Assembly: GCA_002633005.1 (NCBI GenBank)
Contig: NMRA01000200.1
Location: 344,527 to 408,526, forward strand
DNA from: Phoronis australis
Lineage: Eukaryota > Animalia > Phoronida
Length of the DNA stretch: 64,000 nucleotides
Direction of reading: 5' to 3'
Numbering within the stretch: position 1 is the stretch's first letter; each line of letters opens with the position of its first letter. The notes beneath the pieces were generated by a model. That model was not told where the DNA came from and did no database searches. It was given only the letters and a program-made list of their open reading frames with translations. The translations under genes and the position numbers were made by a program. Positions 26,501 through 38,500 of this stretch are shown here, piece by piece.

Positions 26501-29500
26501 GTTGGGAGCCTCGGCTTGGCAAAGTTTTAGTGTCCAACCTTTATGTTTCATATTTTTGTTTATGAGTCATCGAGAAATTCGAGCGCCTGTGATTGGCATT
26601 GCCATTGCATTGGCATTGGGCATCAATCATTTGACGAAGTAGTTTACTAGTAGTCAACATGTGGCGTACTCTAGACACATTATCCATCTTTAAATAAATA
26701 TTTTAAGACATGTTCCACAAGGTTATTAAACCATGGAGCTCAATTTTGCCTAAATTAAAATCGTTCCTGTGGTAGTAGCCTTGGTACCAAGCTGTATACT
26801 AAATATACAGCTTTGCGCGGATGTGGGTAAAAACTGACCAGATAAAATCTGACACAAAATTACTGTCATTAAAAACTACTCTTCCTTGACGAAACCAAAT
26901 TATTTTCCGGTTTTGGAAAAATTGGCGTTTTACCATTATTCTGCTGCTAAAATTGTGGTACGATCTTTTGCATCGACTTTTGGCGACATGAAATATTACG
27001 TCACCTATTGGCCGATTCTTCAATCAACTGTTGTTCTTTCATGAGGTTGCGTAACCCATCACAACAAATTATTGGAACTGATGTGATTTAAAACTTTACA
27101 GGCTATAGTAGTGATGCTGTCAAAACAGAAACGGATCAGTTCTCAGAAATGTGTCAGTTCCCAATTTCAATTACTGAACGAAGAACTATTTGTAAAGAAA
27201 TGTTGATTGTGGGAGTATTTGTTCGAGTTGGAAGGAATTAAAGACATCAACAGCTTACTATGTACACCTCTATGCTCAGTAAGAATGTGACTTTGCTGAA
27301 AAGCTTGCTGTATAGTGCACATATTCACAAGGCCTCTCATGTACTCACAATGACAATTTCATCAACTAAAAACTACGTCATTTGTGACAGTAAACTGTCT
27401 GTGAAGCCAATAACTTCTTCAAACATATCAATCTATAAATAATCAGAAGACTGAGTGGTCCACTACCATGTGCAGTTGTTTTAAGCACACAAACAATGGC
27501 TGAAGCAAAGAAAACTGATGGTAATCGTACCAAATTACAATAACGGTATTTTACCACCAAAGGGACTTGAATTGCATCTGATTAGGTTATTCTTAAGTGC
27601 TGACCATTCTGTGAATAGATGTGCATTTTGAAAGAATGCCAAACAGAAAATTATAAAAAAGTGAAACAACAATTTTTAGCAATGCGAGTTTTTCTTAAGA
27701 AAGGTTACTGTAAAATCCACGGGGGCATTGGCTGAGCATGTGCATTCCACAGGTTAACAGCAATCGTGATTAAGGAATTGAGATATGATTGTAGGTTTAG
27801 CGAATGTTCAGGTTCTCAAGTTTTGCATACTACCATTGCGTGTACTTTCGCCTGTCATAGCTATTTATTTGCCCAAAAAATCATTTAGTTGCAGTTATTT
27901 AGAAAAAGTTTTTACAGTTTAATGATTAATAATGTAGTTCTTATAAGCCAGACCGTGATTAGTAAGTTGACTGAAAACAGGGAACATAGCTAATGTGTGA
28001 ATTGATTAACATGTTTCTTGGACACGCTTAATGACTTATGTCTGCATTTTTGTTGCAAGCTTATTTGTCAAACATTTTACACAAGTTAGTGTGTTTGTTG
28101 AGAGAAGAAATGACTGAATAATTGACTCCTTTATGCTCAGTAGATATTCTTCATTGAGTCGCTGTGTAACAATTGACTGTCATTAAATAAACTAATTGGT
28201 AAATAAACAACAAGGTAATTACGATAATTTCTGAAAACATGTTACAAGCATGATGTCTGATTCTGGCCAGATGCCTGTTTCTAATAATTAGTGCAGTTTT
28301 TGAAGTCATTTGTAATAGCAGTATCTGTTACATTTGTTTTCCCTCTCATGTTGGTACTGAAGACACAGAACAGAAGTGATGATGTAGTTATGGATGTAAA
28401 AAACTGAAAGCTGAACATGCTGTGGTATATTTCATTGTTTATTGTTAGTTTTTCATTTTGTTTTGAGATTGATGAAGTTTCTATTTCTAAATGAAATTAC
28501 TGTAATGTCTGTGAAGCATACATAGGTTAAGACAATAACTCGTCATCAGCCTGCAATATCACAGATAAGTGGACTTTTAATTTCCAGTAAAAATTTATAC
28601 TTCATTGTGGTATGGTTTTTGCCGTATGGATTCCATAAAACAAAATCGAATTAAGCATTTTAACCCGTCCAGCCTTTGAAAAATGGAAAATTCGAGAGAG
28701 GGTGCCATTTTGCTATTTTTTAGATGTTTGAAAACATTGCCTCCTTCACAACATTGTGCGTTTGTTTTTACTTTCTGTAACCTTTGTTTTGTTTTTTGTG
28801 AAATGTCAAATTGTTTCTGTATTTCAAACACTATGGTACTGGAGTATGAGATATGAAATTAGTACAAACTTGTGAAATTAGTTGGAAAAGATATTGCGTT
28901 TTGTGATAATTTGGGAAGAAGATCAGTAGTATTTCTTGACACTTTTCTTGCCAGTGCTCGCACATTTTGGAACATTTTAGTTGTGAAATCCACAGAGAGA
29001 TGTTCAAGATGTACAATAAGAAGCTTGTATTTCAGGAACTCCAATTACATAATATGTTATTGTAATTGCTAATTACATATCTGTGGTTGTTAAATATTGC
29101 GATTCCATTGCTTTTACTTAGGTTAGCCCAAAAAAGCATCATGGTTAGTTCTAGTCTCTACCTCAGCTCCACTATTCTGTTTGAAATCTATTGGAGAATG
29201 GAGACTGGCCATGTAATCAGTTCCTACAGATGTTAAGGACACTCAACTTTGCAATGATGTACCACAAATTAGTTGGTTAGAAAACTAACAAAAGACTGAC
29301 ACCTATTAGAGCTGTACAAATTTATGTAGTGTTGCATAAAAGTTGTAGAGTATGGGGGTACGTGGCAGATGTCTATTTTGGATGAGTACTAACGGAGGAA
29401 AATGTCCGCCAGATGTCTACTGCAGTGCCATTAATAATGAGTGGCTGTTCTGGAGAGCAGGGGGAGAAGGTTGTAGAGTAGTAATTGGCAGGGGACAGTT

Positions 29501-32500
29501 CCACAGTACTACAGTACCACAGTACTACAGTACCACAGTACTACAGTACCACAGTACTACAGTACCACAGTACTACAGTACCACGGTACCACAGTACTAC
29601 AGTACCACAGTAGCACAGTACTACATTGATAGTTTCAATTTCATACTCAAATTGTTACTTACACTACAATTTTTCGAAGGCTCATTACATTTTTAAAATG
29701 AAATACATTTCACTAATTTGTGGCCAAAAGATGGCTCAGATCATGCTACAATAAGTAAACATTTTTATTGATATGTTTGACATTATAAAATTTCGCTTGT
29801 CCATCATTATATTGAAGAGCATTTAATGTAGGTATTCAGTAATGGGCAGATATGTCACAGTGCATGATACCGACTAGCAGGCTTAACAGTGTTAAGACAT
29901 TAGAGAACAGTGCATGATAAGAGATGGGTTACTGTACAAGTTGGGGTTCAGCTTTTGATAGAAACAATGTACTTTTATGAAGGCTTGGCTCCTATTGAAA
30001 AAGTCAATAGATGTAATACTTGACATCACTCAGTCCTTGCAGTTAGTCTAATTGTATTTACTGTAAAATCTCACCAATTTCGCAGCAAAGCAATTACCAA
30101 AATTGACCTTTTCTCATTTTTCAAGGTTTATAACAGCATCCAGAAGTTTTCAAAATTTTGTGTGATGGCAGATGTCATGTAAACCTTGGACATGGTAAAG
30201 TATTAATTTTGTATGCAAAAGTGGTAAAATTAAATTTCATCTGTCGGCCACATTATGCCCTAAATTGGTAGCTTGTTAACACAGCAATCCTTAGATTCAA
30301 AATTTAAACCAGCGGTAAACCCACTTTCCATCACAAAGTCAGCTTTTCATTTGTGCTGCTTACCCCTTATGAAATTGGTCTCGATTTTCCTTAGGCAAAT
30401 TAGAGGTGATTTCAGGGCTTTGAAATAACTTACTGTCGTTGCCTGACATCAGGCTGTACAAGTTGGCTGACACCAGGCTGTACAAGCTGCCCGACGCCAG
30501 ACTGTACAAGTTGGCTGACGCCAGGCTGTACAAGTTGGCTGATGCCAGGCTGTACAAGTTGCCTGACACCAGGCTGTACAAGTTGACTGACGCCTGGCTG
30601 GACAAGTTGGCTGATGCCAGGCTGTACAAGTTGGCTGATGCCAGGCTGTACAAGTTGCCTGACACCAGGCTGTACAAGTTGGCTGACGCCTGGCTGGACA
30701 AGTTGGCTGACACCAGGTTGTACAAGTTGCTTGACACCAGGCTGTACAAGTTGCCTGGTCATGTCTAGTCATTTTATGTGGTGAGCATGATCTCGAGGAG
30801 TAATGGAGTGCCAGTTCTTAGCAAAACTTGAAATCACTTACTGTAAATGTTTGGGTTAACGCCCATGCTCAGTTAACCACCCACCCCCTACTTTAGGTGG
30901 ATTTTCGATTTAACCGCCCACTGCTCGGTTAAGCGCCCCCCTGCAATTTTTGAAGATTTCCAGTTAAGCGCCCACCTCTCGGTTAATCGCTCACCCCTGA
31001 TTTTTTGGGTTTGCCATTTTAACCGCCCAGGGCGTTAACCCAAACGTTTACGGTAACTTCTGAGTAAGGGTAAAGTTGAGACCAATTTTACAGTGGTGGG
31101 TGGTCTAAATCAAGAGTTTGCCTCATTCATGCAATGTGGGCTCTCTGCTTTTATAGTGTTTGTGGAATGTGGATTCTCTGCCTTTATTGAGAAATGCTGG
31201 AATGGATGTGTGATATTTCATTATGTGGACAACTACATGCAGGAGTTGGGGGCAATAACAGTTGCACTGGTTTTGTGAGATTTGTTTTAACTGAGGCCAT
31301 TTAGTCAAAACATACTCATTTGCACATGTCACAAGTCATGTTTTCACTCTTCTTAGTGTATACCTGTATGGGAACATGTTGCTGATTTACCTTGGTTTTG
31401 AATGGAAAACACTCTCTAATCCATTTTGACTAAACAATTATGTGCTAACGTACGTTTTTGGTGTAGAAAGGAATCAAAAGTTTCTGATTAATCCAATGCT
31501 GCAGTCATATTTTACCAATGAAGAGAATCTGCAAGAAACTCTGAATGTTCCAATTTATAGCTACATCCCAAAATACCATGGCATCCCCCGTAATTCTGCG
31601 ATATTCACCCATAATGCTGTACATTGTAGGACAGTTGTCTGACTGCTGCAAGATCATAACTATTTTCCGTGGAAGTTAGTTCATTATAGTGTCCCTGTTA
31701 CACAGTGATCTATTGTGCTGACATCTGTGGGTGAAGACAATGTTCTTTACTAATCTGACTGAACTCAGAGTGACCTCATCTTTATTCTACCTTTTCAAAA
31801 GGGGAGAGTCGAATTTGGGAAGTGGCTGTTGTAATTTGTTTACCCTAAAGACATCCAAAACAAGGAAGTTGATATTATCTTCAATTGTTATTACCAGCAT
31901 ATTTATGGTTCGGCAAAGGGAGTATTTCTTTACATGGAAACAAACCATGATTTGGATATAACCCTGGAGATGCGTCCTTGCATAATCCAGGTCCAGGGTA
32001 AAATCTAATTCACAAGTATTGTTAGAGAATGCAACGACATACAGTTTTTGGGACTTTCTGTACTTGGATCAGTGATTTAAATCCACGTTGATATATGATA
32101 TAAAAAAGTGGTTTACTTGCACCTCATTTGCAAATAATTCAGGTCCATTGACTTAAATGGGACATGCATCCATGTTCGATCTTTCGCTTAGTAAAAGTAC
32201 AGATCGGTAGTAATCTTGGAGAGAGTTTTGCCGTGTTAATTGCTGCTCCACTAGTGTGCTCTTACTGTCCATGCAAGATCAGAATGTGATGTGAATGTCC
32301 TCATCTTGGTTCTACTTTCACTTCCATTCACCAAACACTATGTCCTACTCGCTACTGAACGTAGTCTGAATCAACCATTTGTGTTGACTCAATGGAAGAG
32401 AGTGTATGACCAACATGGAGCGTTTTTTGTTGGGTTATCTTAAGTCACTTAAGTTTTATTGTTTCATGTATAGTAAATACAAGTGAAGGGAACAGTATTA

Positions 32501-35500
32501 AGTATGGAAAATATTCTTTTCAAAGTATCTAAGACCGAGTTTATAGACCCAAGAATCTTGTCAGTAAAGCCGGTGTAGTCACATGCTTCAGCTGCAATGC
32601 ATGACCATATCTCACAAAGTCTTGCATGGTTTTGTGTTTTTGTAAAGTTCTTACATACATGGAATGCTGCCCAGAGATCTACGTATTTTTACCATTTAGG
32701 TAACATCGAAGTAGATGCTTTCACCTTCAACAGTTTCTAGCGCGCTTTTAATTTTCTGAATTTAAGATTGCTATTTGAATCTTATTTGCATTGGGTGTCA
32801 ATTTTTTAAGCTTATAAGTTATTGCTAATGAAAACATGGTATTTTAGTAATTGAAAGATAATGTTAAGTTTCTTACTTTCTGTTCATGTGACATGTAAAC
32901 CCTCGAAGCAGGTGGTAGCCTGTTGACAGTCAAAGAAACAGTAGTTGTAACATTTTTAGAAGAGTGGTGATTAAATGTTCACACTAAGTAATGGCTGAGG
33001 ATGACAATGAACAACACAAGACTGTATTACATTGGCCACCTTTTGATGTCGGTTGACACATCCAGTGTATTGTTGTCAAGTGTTATTTAACAAGCTTTAT
33101 TGCTTGCACATATGTCAGTAATGAAAACACTTGTCCTTCTCCTTCTTACCTGGTTAGATCACCCGCAGTGATAGTCAAAGGTGTCTTGGCAATGCCTCAT
33201 CACACAAGGGTGGCTCATATGTCACCACTCCTCAACTGCCAACTTCACCTTTATTGATGTGCAGATCTTGTTGTAGATTAGGTTTATTAGAAGAAGTGAA
33301 GTGACACGAGTCTTCCTGAGATTTTGACAGTTTGCTATTTGGTAATTCTCGATTTAAACTCTGTATTACCAATATGTTCGTATATCATTTTTATTGGTGA
33401 TTTTGGATGCTTACTGCAGATTAAAATTATAAAATTAACATTTAATTACGTTACAATGTGCTGTCAAGAACAGTACCCGTAATTAATATCTGCTCAGCTA
33501 AATTTGCCAGTTCCTTAGTTGAAAGTGGCTGAATCATTTCTTACCAGGATTGTGTTGAGATGTTCAATTGACAACATGTTCCCGTGGTGTCTCTTGCAAT
33601 TAGACCATCTGTCTGTGTTAGTGCTCCTGTGGCTTACTTAGCAAATTAATGACCTAGAACAGATCACCTTTGTACTTTCATGTTCATTATTATTCTCAAG
33701 CATGCTTCAAAAATATGGCCATCTTTATAGTATTCACAGTGGTTTTAACACAAAGTTGATTTTGATAAATAATGAACAGTTTGATTTCTAACATTCAAAA
33801 CGTCTGTGCAATTCAAAGTGTAAATATGGTTATGAAATCATCTGTATAAAAAGACAAATCTCTTACATGTAATGTGATGGGGTCTAAATCGTGGAATCGC
33901 TTCAAATTGGAGATAAATACATCACGTTACTTTTGAGAGTCAGTGATGATTCATGCCATGGATACCTTAAGATTTTCACATCTGCATTTGTTGTGTTTGT
34001 TTCATACTAATTATTGGAACCTGTGCTAATATAATTTTGTTTTTGATATATTTTTCCGTAATCAGAGCTAAGTTTCTAAGTTAGAGCCTCTGGACAAGTC
34101 CGTCTTTGTTTAAATTTCAAAGACTGTTGTGTAATACTGATACCTCAGTTGTGAAATATGTATACTTCGCATCTAAAAAACAGAACAGCTTGTGTATTGC
34201 TGAATAGCGTGCTTAGCACTCCAATGATCTTATTTGTTTTTTTGTTTGTTTGTTTGGTTGTTTGTTGTACTTTGGGTCAATGGCCTTGTGTACAAGTAAA
34301 GAAGAATATTATTATTGATAATTCTGGGGACCAGCAGTAACAGTTCTGTTTCTCCTTAATGACTTGATTATTTGGTGAGTACAATGTAAAACGCTTCACT
34401 TTCTGGTTTGTAGTTTGTCAGTGAGAAGTCTACTGGATAATGTCACCTTGTGGTTATAGGCTTTCATTAAAGCATTAAAAAATTTAATTAGCTTTTCACT
34501 TTCCTTTCCAAATATTGGTGATGAAATTAAACAGAGGTTTTATGCTTGTTATGCACAGTGCTGGTTTCACTTTGAATGCGTTAATTACTGCTCAGGTCTC
34601 CAGGGACTCATTTAAGAATGTAATAAATCGAGTTAAATTGTGATCAGATTGTCTTCAAAATCACATTATTTCACCATGACCTTTGGCATCGCTTAGTTCA
34701 TTGTTTCTAATATTTGTAAAGTATTGATGTTCCCAACTGTTGTCATTCATTACGTATGTGGCCACTACTCATAGTGACTTAACTGAGCAAGATGTGGCCT
34801 TTCAATACTTAGGGACTATAGGGTTTAAAAAGTCTTGTATAGCACCCCTCTTGCGTTAGGAAGTCCAAATACTAAATTTCCTAGTGGCTGTATGATTATA
34901 TGAATTCCATATTCTTGACACACGGCTTTATTGATAAACATCTTAACTTAAGTCATAAGTTGATTTATGAGATGACATTCGTTAATTTCCATCTAGCTAG
35001 TGAGTGCTGTAGCCATCTTGTGGTAATTTCACTGTAGTGCCGTCTAGTGGCGATGTTTGAAGCTACAAGTCCATCCTTGTATCTTTGTGCAGCTCCAATT
35101 GTTGGGTGTTTTGGTTTGTCAGCTCTCACTCACCCATCTTAATTGTCTATTTATAAAACTTGTGCCTGTTTTGAGCCACAATAGTGATATAGTGTTTGTT
35201 GTTTCATATTCCAGAGCAAGGCCCTTTGTAAGCAGTGTTTTTACTTTGTGTTTGAAGAAGAAATTCACAAGACTATCACAGATGCTGAACTGTTTAAACG
35301 TGGTGAAACAGTGGCCATAGGAGCTTCAGGGGGCAAAGGTCAGTTGCTTTGGATCACTTGAAAACCCAGACCAGCTGGCGATGAAATGTATAAAAGTTAT
35401 ACAGCATCTGAGCAACCATTTGAATGGCACAAAATTGACTTCAACTTTGTTCCTTCTCTCCCAGGACTCTCATTGATGACTCTACAGTTTTGCTTGACAA

Positions 35501-38500
35501 GTGCTGAAGTCCCTGTGCTTTTTGTTGAGTGTAGCCAACTAGTGACATCTATAGTTCTATTGGTTTATCATCTGCCTACTTCTATTTTGTGCTTGTTCAA
35601 TGTACAGCTCTGTACTAAAGCCAGAGTAATTATACGTTTTGACATGCGTTACAGGAACTACTTTTGTTTTATAATTATTCCACTATTTCATCAACTGACT
35701 TGAAACGGGCTTGCTTTCTTTCTGGACAGGATTTTGTGACTGAAGGATAGGTTTGTTCCATAGCTTTTCTCTATTACCCGTCGCCTGTGTGACAATGTTC
35801 TCTTTCCTAAGTATGATTTTTAATTTATTCTATAACCACTTCTTCCTCAACCCCTTGAATTTCTAAGTTGTCTCAATATGGTCAATGTCATTTATTCTGC
35901 ATTTTGTTCAAAGTCGCATTTTTCACTCTTGTATATGAATGTATTTATTTATATTTGTAACTAAATGTCTGTTGTTGGTTAAGATTGTATTAAACCTCTT
36001 TTTCAGATTCTACAGTTCTGGCGTATGTGTTGAAGACCCTAAATGAGCGTTATGATTACGGTCTCCATCTCATCTTACTGTCTGTTGATGAAGGAATAAC
36101 AGGGTACAGGGATGACTCTTTAGAGGTGCTCTTCTGATTACTTTATAATTATCATACATACATTTAACACAATGATTTGTTGGAATAAATAGAAACAAGG
36201 ATGACTTTCTTGAGGTGCTCTTCTGGTTACTTTAGGGATATCATATATACACTGAATATCGTGATTTGACGGGGTTGATATTCATCAGTATCTCGGATGC
36301 ATCTTCACTTTGGAGATACGTAAGAGTTAAGATCCGTTATTCACAAAATTTACCTAAATTTGGTTTTATGAAAGCTGCACAGCACAAACAATGCAAATAA
36401 TGAAATCACAATTTTCGTGAATATTGTTTTTGAATACCAGAGCAGAATTCAATTTTGGTTAACAAACCTAGTCAACTTGACGGGGTCTCCTCAGTACTAG
36501 AAAATGTGTGACCTTCAAGTAAAATGTGCGACCTTGAGGTAAATTTTGCAACCTTCAAATAATCATGGGACTTGCATCAGCAGAAAATGAAGAAATGCAT
36601 GATTATGTAATATTAATTTGGCATTAACTAATAATTACAACTTTTATCCAACTGAACCCGACACCTCAAAGATTAACTGGTGGGAATTTGTAAGTTAGAG
36701 CCTGAACAATTTTGTGAGGTGTAGGTTCCTACTTGTACTGCGTAGGGACCTACTTGTACTGTGTAGGGACCTGCTTGTACTGTGTAGGGACCTGCTTGTA
36801 TTGTGTAGGGACCTGCTTGTACTGTGTAGGGACCTGCTTGTACTGTGTAGGGACCTGCTTGTACTGTGTAGGGACCTGCTTGTACTGTGTAGGGACCTGC
36901 TTGTACTGTGTAGGGACCTGCTTGTACTGTGTAGGGACCTGCTTGTACTGTGTAGGGACCTACTTGTACTGTGTAGGGACCTTCTTGTACTGTGAACTTA
37001 GCGCCCTTAGTATTACACTAGCACCATTGTTTCAAAAATGCACTCAAATTTTCGACACCGTTAGAAATTAAAGTCGGTGTATTTGACCAGTTGTTCAGTT
37101 TTTAATTGTAACCGTGGACAGTATTGAGAGTTTGTATGGAGGCAAAGAGCAGTTTGTGCACATATTAAACCTATCATTACAGACTGTCAAGAGAAACCAG
37201 CAACAGTATGATTTACCATTGAAGATTGTATCCTATGAGGTTTGTATCTGAGCTGCACGTCATGACATAACACATATGTTACTGATCACTGCCAAGTACC
37301 AATCCTGACATAACGCATTCCGTTATTGATCACTGCCAAGTACCAAATGCTTCCTGTCGATCCAGGATTTTGTCATGGGACCAACTTGTGGGTGTTTTGG
37401 ATTTCTTCATTACAGTAATGTACAAGTGACCAGTTTAACCACTTCATTACTGGTTGTTATCAAATTACAATGAAGGATTGCTGTTTGTACTTAAGTAATC
37501 GCGTTATATTTGCTTCATTTTGGCAAAATCAAGTCATCAAAGTTGTCAGTTTGGAGGTGCTTTTTATGTCAAAATTGTAATGCTATCCAAGTGTTGACTT
37601 TCTTGTTACTGAATGACACGCAGTGATGTACCCAGTGTTACTCACATGAGTCTTTATTGGAAGAATGATTGTATGTGCATGTTCGGTCGTGCTTATCTCT
37701 AATTTTGATTTTATGTTCTTGTTGTTCTTGTAGGAGTTATATGGATGGACAATGGATGCAATAGTCAAGCAAATAGGATTAAAGAACAATTGTAAGTTGA
37801 TATACTGTTTCACTTGTAGGAGTTATATGGATGGACAATGGATGCAATAGTCGAGCAAATAGAATTAAAGAATAATTGTAAGTTGTAGGAGTTATGTGGA
37901 TGGACAATGGATGCAATAATTAAGCAAATAGGATTAAAGAATAATTTTAAGTTGGTGTACTGTTCCACTTGTCTCTTGCCTGAACCACTTTGTGAACAAA
38001 TTGAACTATTCTTCAGCGGTGCCAGTATGTCATGTCACTGCTTTTAATTGTTTCAGTTTTTCACTTTGATTATGGGAAAATTGCTTGCAACAAAATCTAC
38101 CAGTATAAGAAACAGTAAAGAATATTAACAAAACAATTTTTACACAAAACCTCTGATGTGAAAACCATGAAAGTTGAACTTGTTTTCCCATCGTTACGCA
38201 TATGCGCTTGTATGACTGGGGAGCACCCTTTATGTACAGCAGAACTTGTTAAAAATGGATGGTGAGACGGGCTAAAGGCTTAATTCCATTTCTTCCGACA
38301 TACTTCTGACCTAGAAAGTTTAGAATTGGCCAGCCCCACTAAAGTCTGAAGTGTTTTGTTTAGTCGCTGATGGTTTCGATGTTCATGTTGGTAACTGAAA
38401 TAGAATGCTATCATGTTAAGGAATAGAATGCTATCATGGTAAGGAATAGAATGCTATCATGGTATATTTTGAGACCTGTTTTAAGACACTGAAAGGCCTA

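Noticed and set aside
30360-30772. Repetitive ORFs in four frames (also 36714-37071, 54225-54609, 29352-29696)
   Set aside because: These are translations of stop-free minisatellites inside introns, with no splice or homology support.
31400-32200. Faint resemblance to a decayed LINE endonuclease on the minus strand
   Set aside because: Too many stops and frameshifts to support without a translated HMM search.
36718-36994. Regular repeats superficially like a CRISPR array
   Set aside because: Head-to-tail units without unique spacers, eukaryotic context, no cas genes.
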